Below are positions 1 to 10,664 of a DNA stretch of 64,000 nt, piece by piece. The stretch comes from a virus (taxonomy: Duplodnaviria; Caudoviricetes). Numbering within the stretch: position 1 is the stretch's first letter; each line of letters starts with the position of its first letter. The translations under genes were made by a program, and so were the position numbers. Below the pieces are notes generated by a model. That model made no database searches and was not told where the DNA came from. It saw only the letters and a list, made by a program, of their open reading frames with translations. The stretch is from IMG/VR virus record IMGVR_UViG_3300021255_000054; one strand, 5' to 3'.

Positions 1-1
1 A

Positions 2-529
2 AAAGCCTAATAAAATTAAAGGCATATATTCTGGTTTAGAAGAAGAAGCTTGTATATGTACTAACACTTCACTACTAGTAATATCATTGCGCGCAAAATC
101 AGTACTGCGCGCCTAGTTAAATGCATTTATCGCAAAGTCAAACACAGCGTCACATTCGTCCCAACAAATGACATCTAACTCTTTTAAGAAATCCATATCT
201 TTTGCTTTAAGTAATTTAAATCCAAAACGCTGGTAACACATAATACCAATTTTATTGGGCGCCTCACCCCAAGTCTTTCCGGGCTGCCAAAATTCATCTG
301 CATCACAGCACTGCGGATATTCTGCTATAATCTAATCGCGCAATATCGTAGTAGGAACTAAAATCAGAATACGATTATATTGTTTATCGCGCGTAAAGTC
401 TATTAACCTATTTGCAGCCCAGTATGTTTTGCCAGTCCTTATGCCACAATCTAGGATATTAAATAAGCCCTTCTATAAAGTAATTTCTCCTTGTAAATAC
501 TTGTCATCTACTGTTACCATTGGTAACAT
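2..529 (-). CDS. SF2 (DExD/H) helicase, N-terminal part (runs off window); 3 in-frame TAG
   Basis: Manual translation from ATG 529 (SD GAGGTGG): motif I CGIRTGKT, motif Ia LVPTTILRD[TAG=Q], motif II WDECD. Absent from the ORF track because of TAG interruptions. Confidence 0.85.
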
Positions 530-552
530 ACTACCACCTCCAGTATATAATT

Positions 553-581
553 ATTATATTATAAATTCAAGAAAATGTCAA
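553..581 (-). promoter_or_regulatory. sigma70/sigmaA promoter for helicase gene
   Basis: Reverse strand TTGACA-17 nt-TATAAT. Confidence 0.75.
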
Positions 582-947
582 GTGTTCATTTTCTGTCACT
601 AAAATGTAAAAAGCAACTCACTCAATGAGTATATTTTCTTCACAGGTAATAAATTTTTAACTAAAATTTTTGAGCTGATTTTTGACGACACCCCCCCCCC
701 CTATAATGTAATAAAAAAAATACTCACTTTTTATAATAAAAAATTCCCTTATATAATTAATAAATGGGATGCGGAGCGCCGAAGGCGCGGAGCGTGCCAT
801 TTATTAATTAGGCGACGCGCAGCGGCGCCCAACAAATAATTTTAAATAAATTATCAAATTTCATTTTTAATTTTAAAATAATAAAATAAATTAAAATTTA
901 TTATTTAACTTGCCCGAAAACAACCCCTATTTTATTATGTCAAATAC

Positions 948-977
948 TTGACTTGAAGTAATTTTGTATGATATAAT
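948..977 (+). promoter_or_regulatory. sigmaA-type promoter
   Basis: TTGACT-18 nt-TATAAT, divergent from the helicase promoter. Confidence 0.6.
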
Positions 978-1242
978 AAGATAGAAAAAGAAAATCCTAT
1001 GTTTTTAACTTATACGTGAATGTTTGACAAAAGTAGCAAATTTGGCACGTACCCATATTATCCCTCTCTCCACCCGCAATTTCGTATCTCCCCTCAATCC
1101 GTCTATCTCCCACACCCTCCCTTCTACGCCAACCCCTATTCTACCCCTATCCTTTCCTTCTTTTTAACTATGTCTCGATGTTCCATTTTGTTTAAATGGA
1201 ATTTTGTTTTTAACCATAAATTCACCACTGAGGTGATTCAAT

Positions 1243-1533
1243 TTGAATTTAAAATCCCAATTGAAATATTTAACGGACGAAGACGGTCCAAATATACCAT
1301 TACGTACCCTCGCACTCTATTGCGCGGTTTCGCATACCACGCTAAGTAAATGGTTAAATGATAAGATTAATGTGAGTGAGGAACTATAGTAGTAGATATA
1401 GGATGGTATTAAGGATTTCGTACTAGATGTATGCGGAGTGATGGATGACAATGACAGGTTTTATTATAGATACCTACAACCCGAGGAGTATGAGAGATAG
1501 AAATTGCGCGATAAGTACGTTCTAGGTAAATAA
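1243..1533 (+). CDS. XRE/Cro-like HTH DNA-binding protein with TAG-TAG-TAG-ATA-TAG run
   Basis: SD GAGGTG, TTG start; MNLKSQLKYLTDEDGPNIPLRTLALYCAVSHTTLSKWLNDKINVSEEL(QQQ)I(Q)DGI...; ends TAA. Confidence 0.7.
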
Positions 1534-1681
1534 GAGTTAGTATGCAATTAAAGAAGTAGAAATTGGATTGGATGGATTGCCGCAAATCGACTAGGTAATT
1601 GGGCAAGAGTTCCCATTAAGTATTTTTAAAGTGTACAACAGTGTCGAAGAGGCAATGGAGTATGTAAGGAAGGTGAGATAA
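1451..1681 (+). CDS. hypothetical protein (3 TAG=Gln)
   Basis: Open frame under code 15, ends TAA directly before the next ATG. Confidence 0.5.
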
Positions 1682-2389
1682 ATGGCAACTACTAAAACTT
1701 TTTCTTATAGATATAATTTTACAAATAAACCCGCTACTTTTAATTTGCCTACTCCTTTAAATTCATTACGAATGAGTAACTATTTTAGTGTAATTTCTAA
1801 TTATACAGTTAGTTGGAATATAAATGTTTCAATTCATAATAGTGGTAGTAATGTATCTTCTAGTGTTTGGCTACTATTTGGTTCATCTTAGCCATAGCCT
1901 ATAAGTTCTGGTACATATAAAGCATCATTTTCAAACTTAGCAGGTAATAGTACGACTACTCTTAATATTACAGGAACTATGGGTTCAAAACCTTCAATTA
2001 CTGATTTTTATAATTTAAATTATACAATAGGATTTGGAAAAGCATCGTCATATATAACTATAAATAGTGCATCAGGCTATATAATATGGTCTTTTACTAT
2101 TAATAACTTTCCAGCTAAAGGAGAAATTATTTCTTCTTCTGAATTAGATGCATATAATAGACTAGTTACTATAAGTGATCATGATTTTAATCATACTGGA
2201 GTTATTACTACTGCGCATGGAAAAGCTCCATATAATAATACTAATACGACAAATGGTGCAGGAACATTTTATTTAACTTCTGGTTCATCATCTGGAGGTT
2301 TAGGTTCAGATTCAGTTTCTGATCCTATTTCAGTTACTCCATTAAATAATTTAATTAATATAATACCAACCCCGCGTGTTTTTACGTAA
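1682..2389 (+). CDS. Ser/Thr/Asn-rich hypothetical (virion-like) protein
   Basis: Track ORFs 1682-1891 and 1979-2389 are in frame and joined through TAG codons. Confidence 0.7.
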
Positions 2390-2404
2390 AAGGAGAATTT
2401 CATT

Positions 2405-2845
2405 ATGGAAATGAATGTTTGGAAGCTTCATAAATGCAGGATGAGATATTATATAAAGCATCCCCTATATATATTTAAGCAAATTAGTAAAAAGTTAAAG
2501 TACTGCTGGCAGCGTATTACCAAAGGATACTGTGATGTTGATATATGGAATTGGGATGAGTGGTTGCTTGAGCTAATGCCGCAAATGCTTGATGAACTTG
2601 CGACAGTTACTGATGCGTATCCGGATATTATTGTTGGATCGCTAGATGAATGGAAGAAATATTTGCGCGGTCTTGCGGCAAACCTGCGTTTGTATAAGGA
2701 TATGGATAATACTATAGATATAGAACAGTATGATACTTGGGCCGAATTTAATAAAGCAGCAACCCAAGTACGCGAAGAGCAAGAAGCTATTTTGGAAGAA
2801 ACATTTATTGAAATTGCTAAAAATTTAAGACGGATGTGGTGGTAA
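2405..2845 (+). CDS. hypothetical phage protein
   Basis: ORF with SD AGGAG. Confidence 0.75.
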   Translation: MEMNVWKLHKCRMRYYIKHPLYIFKQISKKLKYCWQRITKGYCDVDIWNWDEWLLELMPQMLDELATVTDAYPDIIVGSLDEWKKYLRGLAANLRLYKDMDNTIDIEQYDTWAEFNKAATQVREEQEAILEETFIEIAKNLRRMWW

Positions 2846-3012
2846 TGGTTGCTAATTTGATTTTAAGATAGGGAAGGTATATATGCGGCGAATGTTTAAT
2901 GCGGCAAGCCGATAAACTTACCCCCTATTGTAGATTTTGCGGCGCTTCATTCTCTAACTACGAAGATATGGTTATTTAGAAGTATCTAGATTTGGAGGAT
3001 GAAGAATGTTAA
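2845..3012 (+). CDS. small Zn-ribbon protein (CxxC..CxxC)
   Basis: MVANLILR(Q)GRYICGECLM...YCRFCG; 2 TAG; overlapping start/stop. Confidence 0.6.
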
Positions 3013-3251
3013 CTGCGCGCGAAGCATTAGCAACTGCGAATTTAAAAACACCGCAAGACTTCTCACTACATAAGCATTTGGAAGTAAGAATATGGGATAC
3101 AATTGCTAATGGGGGTACCCATATTCTATATGGCGGCGAATTGCCGCAAAATGTTAAAGCCGCATTGGTTGCACTTGGATATACATTGACATTTTACTAG
3201 AGTGATAATGGTAAAGATTTAGTTAGAATAAGTTGGGAGAATGTTAGATGA
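3006..3251 (+). CDS. hypothetical protein (paralog-like to 5129 and 16144)
   Basis: Reads through TAG 3198 to a TGA overlapping the next ATG. Confidence 0.7.
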
Positions 3252-3496
3252 AGATTTTAGTATTTGCTAATAGGGAACAGTTTAGGAAGATAAATGGCGG
3301 TGTTTGCGCGAGAGACGAAGTTATATTAGAGGATGGCGCGAACACCGTTATTTTATGTAGAGATAGGAATATGCGCGAAAAGGTTAAGTTTTGGCATCCT
3401 AATAGGGTATATGTACCGCTAAATAAAATGCGCGAAGCTATTTTAACATTAAGTGTAGGTACTGTACTATATCCAACTGAGGTATTTGACTTTTGA
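3248..3496 (+). CDS. hypothetical protein
   Basis: ORF track, ATGA overlap. Confidence 0.65.
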   Translation: MKILVFANREQFRKINGGVCARDEVILEDGANTVILCRDRNMREKVKFWHPNRVYVPLNKMREAILTLSVGTVLYPTEVFDF

Positions 3497-3514
3497 TTTA
3501 ATTTAAATTATAAT
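3486..3514 (+). promoter_or_regulatory. sigmaA promoter
   Basis: TTGACT-17-TATAAT followed by AGAAAGGAG SD. Confidence 0.75.
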
Positions 3515-3536
3515 ATAAGTAAGAAAGGAGAATAGT

Positions 3537-3851
3537 ATGATTTGGAATTTTATTATTGCTACTGAGCATTATAAGGAAGACTGTAATATATTAGACTAGG
3601 CATTTGGTAAGGGTAGAAGAACTAGTGAGATTGCTGAATATTATACTGAATGGATAACTATTACAGTAATTAATTGGGAAGGACATTCTATAAATTAGTT
3701 TCGTGGTAGGCGCGCGGATGTATTATACGTACCTTTTAGCGCGTTTAATAATGATGAATTATATTATACTATCTTGCAGCCAATCACTGCTACAATTCGT
3801 ACTACGGAATCAATGATGGAACGTATTAAGTATTATTTGACTAAAAAATAA
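3537..3851 (+). CDS. hypothetical protein (2 TAG=Gln)
   Basis: SD AAGGAG, ATG 3537, TAA 3849-3851. Confidence 0.7.
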
Positions 3852-3865
3852 AATTATATTATAAT
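3837..3865 (+). promoter_or_regulatory. sigmaA promoter
   Basis: TTGACT-17-TATAAT followed by AGAAAGGAG SD. Confidence 0.75.
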
Positions 3866-3886
3866 ATAAATAGAAAGGAGAATAGT

Positions 3887-4243
3887 ATGTTTAATATAAG
3901 AATTGGTACATTTGAAACTAATTCATCTAGTGTGCATACGCTTGTTATGTGCAATGATAAGCAATGGAAAGATTTTAACTTTGGTAACTTGGTGCTAATG
4001 AATAATAGCGAATTACTAACGTTAGATGAATTTATACAGAAAATCAAGGATGACTGTAATGAAGACCTAAGCGGCAAATCCTTTGATGAACTTCAGGAAT
4101 GGTGTGAAGAAGAAGGTTATGATACAATAGATAACCTAGATACATTCCTCGATAATGAACGTTTCGAAACATACCACGATAGTTATACGACTGACAAAGG
4201 CGATGTAGTACACGCCTTTGGGGTTTATGGGCAGGATTATTAA
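3887..4243 (+). CDS. acidic protein with N-terminal RxGxFETNSSSxH motif
   Basis: Motif RIGTFETNSSSVH; directly upstream of the radical SAM gene. Confidence 0.8.
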   Translation: MFNIRIGTFETNSSSVHTLVMCNDKQWKDFNFGNLVLMNNSELLTLDEFIQKIKDDCNEDLSGKSFDELQEWCEEEGYDTIDNLDTFLDNERFETYHDSYTTDKGDVVHAFGVYGQDY

Positions 4244-4245
4244 AG

Positions 4246-5139
4246 ATGACAAAGATATTAGGTGCTTATAATAATGGTAATTATACTGTTGTAATATTTG
4301 AAGATGGAACTAAGATTCGCGTTAATAGAGAAGATAAACTAGTCGCGCGCTTTCCTGAATCAATTGATATGAAGATTAGTGATAAATGCGATAGAGGATG
4401 TCCTATGTGTCACGAGTGTAGCACACCCGACGGTGAGCTCGCACCTTTTCTATTGATTCATCCGCTATTTGAAAGCTTACATCCATATACGGAGTTGGCG
4501 CTCGGTGGTGGCAATATATTCGAACATCCAGATTTATTCCCTTTTCTTACAAAAATGCGCGATCAGCATATTATATGTAACATTACTGTACATCTAGACC
4601 ACTTTATGGATAATATTCTGACTATTAAAAGTCTAGTAGAGAGTGGATTAGTACACGGAGTAGGTATTAGTATCTCGCGTCCTGTTACTAATTATGAACT
4701 ACTTATGATTGAGTCTGTGCCTAATGCAGTTGTACATATAATTGCAGGTATTGTTGATTTTGATACATTAGATTCATTATCTAATGAGAATATTAAATTA
4801 CTTATTCTTGGATACAAGGACTATGGGCGCGGTACTAAGTATCTCTCAGCTCACCCTGAGGTAGATGAAAATATTCAGAAGTTAGAAGATGCGTTACCAC
4901 TACTCCGAGATAAATTCTTCTCAATTAGTTTCGACAATCTCGCACTTGAACAGTTACATATGAAAAAGCATATGACTAAAGAAGAGTGGGATGAGAGCTA
5001 TATGGGTGATGATGGACAATTTACTATGTATATTGATATGGTAAAACTAGAATACGCTAAGTCCTCAACCTCGATGCGACGTCCACTTACACATAATAAT
5101 ATTGAAGTTTTATTTGAGGATATAAAAGATGGATTTTAA
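4246..5139 (+). CDS. radical SAM domain protein
   Basis: CxxxCxxC (CDRGCPMC) and GGG motif (LALGGGN). Confidence 0.9.
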   Translation: MTKILGAYNNGNYTVVIFEDGTKIRVNREDKLVARFPESIDMKISDKCDRGCPMCHECSTPDGELAPFLLIHPLFESLHPYTELALGGGNIFEHPDLFPFLTKMRDQHIICNITVHLDHFMDNILTIKSLVESGLVHGVGISISRPVTNYELLMIESVPNAVVHIIAGIVDFDTLDSLSNENIKLLILGYKDYGRGTKYLSAHPEVDENIQKLEDALPLLRDKFFSISFDNLALEQLHMKKHMTKEEWDESYMGDDGQFTMYIDMVKLEYAKSSTSMRRPLTHNNIEVLFEDIKDGF

Positions 5140-5419
5140 TGCATATAATATGAAAATGCTTGCCGAAGAAACGCGCAATTCACAAAATCAAGAAAAATAT
5201 AAAGATATTATGAAAGCAATAATCGAAGCGGCGCACGCGGGTAAAAACTTTATTGATGTAAAAGAACTTACTTATCAATGTGCACAATGGCTAACGCAAT
5301 TAGATTTTGCTATTTATAAAAGACGGTTAGATAATCGTTGGACTGTTGTAGATGATGGTGATTGGTGTGGTTATCCGTCTATGTATGAAGTAGAAAATAT
5401 ATATCAAATTAGATGGTAA
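5129..5419 (+). CDS. hypothetical protein
   Basis: ORF track, coupled to neighbours. Confidence 0.7.
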   Translation: MDFNAYNMKMLAEETRNSQNQEKYKDIMKAIIEAAHAGKNFIDVKELTYQCAQWLTQLDFAIYKRRLDNRWTVVDDGDWCGYPSMYEVENIYQIRW

Positions 5420-5431
5420 AGGAGAATAAGT

Positions 5432-5632
5432 ATGCCTAAAAATTTAATCGAACTGGCGCAGATGATTAGTAAGAGAGACGGAATTTCCTTTAATGAAGCA
5501 ATGACATGCGTGGATGAATGCGCGGCCGAGATGGAATCAGCCTTTATGCGCGGGAGCCTTAATGCCGCAGAGGACGCGCTTCGTGACTGCTTAGGTTTGG
5601 AATTGGATTATCTGGATCTCTTTATTAATTAA
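5432..5632 (+). CDS. hypothetical protein
   Basis: SD AAGGAG. Confidence 0.7.
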   Translation: MPKNLIELAQMISKRDGISFNEAMTCVDECAAEMESAFMRGSLNAAEDALRDCLGLELDYLDLFIN

Positions 5633-5646
5633 TAAAAGGAGTAATA

Positions 5647-5853
5647 ATGATAGTAAAGATTGATAGAAAAAAGGAAACGTATGGTTATCTAGAAGGCGGT
5701 GATGTCTTCTTTGATGAAGAGCAGCCATTTGTTTATTATATGGTAATTAAGAATGGAAATGGTGAATGCGTGCGATTAGATAATGGCGCACGTGATTCAT
5801 TTGAGTATTTACATAAAGTATACCCAGTTGAAGCAACATTAATTGTAAAGTAA
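5647..5853 (+). CDS. hypothetical protein
   Basis: SD AAGGAG. Confidence 0.7.
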   Translation: MIVKIDRKKETYGYLEGGDVFFDEEQPFVYYMVIKNGNGECVRLDNGARDSFEYLHKVYPVEATLIVK

Positions 5854-5862
5854 GGAGTAAGT

Positions 5863-6177
5863 ATGGAAGTTTTAAATTATACTAAAGATGTCCCGGCCAT
5901 TGTATTAATTCCTCTACTATTCATTATACTAGGTGCTTGCGCGCTTATAGGTGCTTTTATATGGGCCTATACAGAAAGTGAGTGGGATGGCACAACTATT
6001 GCTACTGCAATTATTTCTTGTATAGTATTAGTTTGCGGCATAATTTGGATTAGTACGATCAAAGAGAATGTCTATGTATTCGCGCGAATGACTGATGAAA
6101 AGTCATTTACTGAAATGGTAAAGGATTATGATTTCATTGAGGAAGTCGCAGGAATTTATAAGTTGCGGCTAAAGTAA
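5863..6177 (+). CDS. small membrane protein (2 TM)
   Basis: Two hydrophobic segments; SD AAGGAG. Confidence 0.7.
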   Translation: MEVLNYTKDVPAIVLIPLLFIILGACALIGAFIWAYTESEWDGTTIATAIISCIVLVCGIIWISTIKENVYVFARMTDEKSFTEMVKDYDFIEEVAGIYKLRLK

Positions 6178-6178
6178 C

Positions 6179-6207
6179 TTGACAATTAAATAAAAGTATG
6201 GTATAAT
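6179..6207 (+). promoter_or_regulatory. sigmaA promoter (consensus, extended -10)
   Basis: TTGACA-17-TATAAT with TGn. Confidence 0.8.
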
Positions 6208-6329
6208 AAGGATAGACAGGATAGGTCTATCCTATTTTTATATGTTTTAAAATAAAAAAACTTTAAAAAGAAAAAGAAAATATATTAAATACTATTTAGT
6301 TAAAAAACAATTAATATGGAGGTGAAAGA

Positions 6330-6530
6330 ATGAAAGAAGTTGAAATGCTTCGTGCATTAAAAGAATATGGTATTAGTATTGCTTTATTGGCGCGCGAATG
6401 TAATTGCGCACGACCAACAATTATAAATTATATTAATGGCGCGAGCCTACCTACTGGCACGAAGTAGATATTGATAAGAGATGGATTAAAGAATTTTTTA
6501 AATAAATTAACAGAAATTATAGAGGAGTGA
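6330..6530 (+). CDS. Cro/XRE-like HTH protein (1 TAG)
   Basis: MKEVEMLRALKEYGISIALLARECNCARPTIINYINGASLP...; SD GGAGGTG. Confidence 0.75.
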
Positions 6531-6535
6531 CTTAA

Positions 6536-6703
6536 ATGACACTATTCCCAATATTCTCGCGGCGAATTGCACTTGAACTAGAAAAACACGGGTTTGACAT
6601 TGTTAAAATGGCACCTAATCGTAATAAACCAGAACTTCAAGTGTATTATTTTGAAGAGACAGAAGCATTACATAAAGCCGCCCAAGAGCTTATAAGAAAA
6701 TAA
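6536..6703 (+). CDS. small hypothetical protein (DUF5659-like by recollection)
   Basis: MTLFPIFSRRIALELEKHGF...PNRNKPELQVYYFE; SD GAGGAG. Confidence 0.65.
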   Translation: MTLFPIFSRRIALELEKHGFDIVKMAPNRNKPELQVYYFEETEALHKAAQELIRK

Positions 6704-6744
6704 TCTTGGATTCTATACATTCTAATTATTCGGAGTTGATATTT

Positions 6745-7134
6745 ATGGCAAATTATAAAAACCAAAATGTAATTACTAATATATCAGTAGAGAAAATACA
6801 ACATAATGAAAAAGTACAAGAATCTTGGATGCGTCCATTTCAATGGGATAAGATGAAACAGATGATGTATTTACTTTCTGGTAATGAATATAAATTTTAT
6901 ATGTATCTATTTAGTTGGGCAGGTAAAACAGAATATGAATTTTCTCCTGCCGACTTGGTTAAACGTTTAGATTTTGGAGAAGATACCGCGCGAAAAATAT
7001 TTAAACATTTTATTGAGTTAGGTTTTTTAGTACAACAAAGTAATCATAGATATATATTCGATGCTTACCCATCAAAAGCGGTAGAAGCATATAATCTTAA
7101 ATGGACACAACAAAATGGCGGCGAAGTTGTATGA
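6745..7134 (+). CDS. winged-HTH protein, putative replication initiator
   Basis: LSGNEYKFYMYL...FSPADLVKRLDFGEDTARKIFKHFIELGFL; directly followed by a repeat array. Confidence 0.65.
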   Translation: MANYKNQNVITNISVEKIQHNEKVQESWMRPFQWDKMKQMMYLLSGNEYKFYMYLFSWAGKTEYEFSPADLVKRLDFGEDTARKIFKHFIELGFLVQQSNHRYIFDAYPSKAVEAYNLKWTQQNGGEVV

Positions 7135-7330
7135 TTTTTTCATACAACTTTTTGCCTATTTTTTTCATACATAAACTTGTACGATTTTTTCATACAAGTT
7201 ATTGCCCGATTTTTTCATACTAGTTTTAAGAAAGTTGTATGATTTTTTCATACAACATTGCCGATTTTTTCATACAACTTTTTAAAGTTGTATGATTTTT
7301 TCAGACAGGTTGTATGATTTTTTCATACAG
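7124..7330. repeat. iteron-like array, 8 copies of (G)ATTTTTTCATAC, several inside the palindrome GTTGTATGA-TTTTT-TCATACAAC
   Basis: Copies near 7133, 7157, 7183, 7208, 7241, 7263, 7294, 7316; followed by a very AT-rich tract 7330-7387. Confidence 0.85.
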
Positions 7331-7537
7331 AAATATAAATAATAGAAATATATATAATAAGAATATAATAAAAATAAAATAAAAATATGGCGCATTCGCG
7401 CGCAAATTGTCCCGAAAAATGGGTTATTGAATGCGGTAAAAATTACCGCATAAATTTTCAAAAAATATATACTGAATTTCATTAAACCTTATTACATACC
7501 TATGATGAAAATAACAGTATATAAGGGGTGAAGTTTA

Positions 7538-7987
7538 ATGAAAAAATGCTGCCCTCAGACCCTGCAGAACGCAGTTTTATGTAGAATTTATCCTTGGAGT
7601 AACTATAATCTAAATCTAATAATGCACTGGCTTTATGAACAGGCGCAAAAAACTGGCTTTACTGGCACCTTTGAAGATTTCTCATCACGTTATGGTTAGT
7701 ATCTAGAAGATCTAGCACCAGCCTATGAAGGCGAATATCACATCACACCACTTTCTGTAGAACAAATACTTGATACTAAAAATAAAATACTTAGTGAAAA
7801 TATCATAATAGATCCAATCCCTTCATATGAAGAATTTACGGGCCAGTATAGAATCACACCTATGGCAAATGTTGATTAGATTTTGCGCACAAGTGGCCGC
7901 ATTACAACAGATGATATTATAGTTGAACAAATTCCATACTACGAAACAAGTAACGATGCTGGTGGATATACTGTAATAATAGGATAA
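7538..7987 (+). CDS. virion/tail-associated protein (2 TAG); paralog-like to 38364
   Basis: Code-15 translation; C-terminal IPYYETSNDAGGYTVIIG. Confidence 0.75.
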
Positions 7988-8000
7988 GGAGGAAAAGCGC

Positions 8001-8606
8001 ATGGCGAATCAATTTAAAAATAAAGTCATCTATGGCGGCGATGTGTTAATTGACTTAACCCAAGATGATGTTACTGCGGCAGACGTAGCAGCAGGCAAAA
8101 AGTTTCACTTACCTTCTGGCGCGATTGGTGTTGGTACTAGCACTTACGATGCTGATACTTCTGGCGCAACAGTTGTTGCTGCAGAAATTTTAAGCGGCAA
8201 AACCGCCTACAAAAATGGTGAAGAAATCATTGGTACAATGCCTAACCGTGGCGCGCAAAGCGGCTCTATTACCACAAAAGAAGGTACAGTTGTAATTTAG
8301 CAAGGCTATCACGATGGTTCTGGCACAGTTGGTATTGACAGCACTGAATAGGCAAAAATAATTGCTTCAAATATTCGTGAAGGTATTACTATTTTAGGTG
8401 TTACGGGCGAAATGAATGGTTCTGAAGATATGTAGGCTACTGCCGCAACCATTACACCCTACACTACCGCACAAACAATTACGCCTACTGATCTAGGCAA
8501 TTACAATGCAATTAGCCAAATTAATGTCGCGCCAATTGCATACGTAGAAACAGATAATGCAGCTGGAGGCGTAACTGTTACGATTGGCACTGTCGCTCCC
8601 AGCTAA
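8001..8606 (+). CDS. tail-associated protein (3 TAG)
   Basis: ...I(Q)QGYHDGSGTVGIDSTE(Q)AKIIASNIREGITILGV; ends TAA. Confidence 0.85.
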
Positions 8607-8619
8607 GAGGTGAGCGCAA

Positions 8620-9132
8620 ATGATTAACAAGGTTATATACGGAGATTAGGTTTTAATGGATATTACCGACACTACCGCAGCCGCGAATAATGTAGTACAA
8701 GGTAATGTCTTCTATGGCGCCAATGGCGCCCGCACCGTAGGCACTCTTGGCCTTGTAACCACTACAACCGATGGGTTAATGAGTGCATTAGATAAAGTAA
8801 AATTAGATGGTATTAATATTAAATATCGCACTACCGCAGAATGGAATAATGATAGAAATTATGTTCCTGCTCGCGGCGAGATATGTATATACTCTGACCA
8901 CGGTACTTTAAATGGTGCCGTGGTCCCTGGTGTAAAAATTGGAGATGGAAACGCTTATTGTATTGATTTACCATTTGCTAAAGATGATGTAATTGCGCGC
9001 GTAGAATCTCTAATCACAACTCATATCAATAATACAACAATTCATACTTCACCTGAGGAAAAGGCACTATGGAATAGCAAAATAACTTGTTCCATCTCAG
9101 ATGAAAACTTAATATTTGAAACCGGAGAGTGA
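8620..9132 (+). CDS. tail fibre-type protein (PxxGE...KIGDG motif)
   Basis: ATG 8620 in frame with track ORF 8656 via one TAG. Confidence 0.8.
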
Positions 9133-9137
9133 ATTAA

Positions 9138-10097
9138 ATGGCAGAAATTAGTAAAATTACGTTGCCTTCTGGTCAAACGTATGACATAAAAGACGCAACC
9201 GCGCGTGCTGCTATCGCAGGTGGCACCTCATTCTTAGGCGTAACTACTACTGAACTTACCAATGGCGCCGAGACCGCTACTATTACTGTGGGCGGAAAAA
9301 GCATATCAGCAGTAAATGGCGGCATGGTTATCTATGGTAATAAAGAATTTGTATATTCTACTTCTGATAACTAGTGGCATGAATTCGGTGATTTATCTGA
9401 TCTAGGTGACTTGGCTCACAAGGATTCCGCAAGCGGCAACTTTACTCCCGCTGGTACTGTAAGCCAGCCAACCTTCACAGGCACATCTCTAACCTCAACT
9501 GGCTCTGTAACCGCGGAAGGCTCCGTGTCTCAGCCAAGCTTTACTGGTACTGCTAAGGATGTGTCTGTAAGTGGTACTCCTTCAGGCACAATTGGCGTTG
9601 GTACTGGCACCGCAAACTATACACCAGCAGGTAGCGTAAGCGCGCCAACTATTACTGTAACTCCTGCGACCGCGACTAAGTATGTTGCTGCTAGCGCAAC
9701 TGGCGGTGGCACTGTAACTGCAGGTACTGCGGCTTCTTGCACTATGCCTGTACTAGAGACAACTGTTAACGAAGAGAACTTAGTTCTAAACTGGACGGAC
9801 GGTAGCTTCACAACTAATACACCAACCGCGGTTACATTACCTAGCTTTGCAAGTCAGACAATTGTATCTGGTATTACTAGCGCATCTGCAACAGCTCCTG
9901 AATTTACAGGTACTGGTGCTTAGTTAACATTTACCGGTAGCACAATGACTTCTACTGGTTCTTATACACCAGCGGGTACTGTTAGTAAGCCTAACTTTAC
10001 TGGTAGCGCGGTCGAAGTATCCGTTAGCGGCACTCCAGCAGGTACTGTTTCTAAGCCTACATTTACAGGTACTCAGGGTACGGTTACAGTATCCTAA
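9138..10097 (+). CDS. tail fibre protein with TPAGTVSxPTFTG repeats
   Basis: Track ORFs 9138 and 9411 in frame; 2 TAG; ends TAA. Confidence 0.85.
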
Positions 10098-10121
10098 TTT
10101 TTCCTACAAGGAGGGTCTTAA

Positions 10122-10649
10122 ATGGCTGATATTTCAAAAATAACCCTTCTAAATGGGAATTAGTATGATCTAAAAGACACTACAGCAAGGCGAAGCGTTA
10201 TAGGATACGTTGCATCAAGTTCAGAAGTTATAGCGCCGTATTAGACGGATGCAGATTATAAAACAGGTTTTATAGTATGGAATTATACTAATAGAAATTT
10301 AAATGCTGCAGTTGCTATTTATGATGCTTCTAATCATAGACGAATTGCTACAAGTGCAACCGTGAGAGTTTATAATATAAACTCATATAGAGTATGGAAT
10401 ACTGATATTATCACTAATCGCTCATTAACTCGTGGCATATACTTATGCGAATTATATGATGATATCATTACTTTTTATTTATTAACTCCAGAATTTCCTA
10501 AGTATGTAATTGATTAGTTAAAAAGTATACAACCTGAAACTATGGAAAATGTTAAAACCATACTATCTAAGTACGGTCTTGATACAACAACAGTTTACAC
10601 AGAACCGACCGCAGATACAGCTACGGCCGATGGAACTATAGTACAATAA
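10122..10649 (+). CDS. tail-associated protein (MADISKITL N-terminus like 9138)
   Basis: Code-15 ORF; N-terminus matches MAEISKITLPSGQTYDIKD. Confidence 0.75.
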
Positions 10650-10664
10650 GGAGGTACATTATAA

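Noticed and set aside
1020-1349. Track ORF of 109 aa
   Set aside because: No SD, low-complexity composition, and it overlaps the better-supported HTH gene in another frame.
7124-7330. CRISPR array
   Set aside because: Repeats are about 13 nt with short, repeat-derived spacers; no cas genes.
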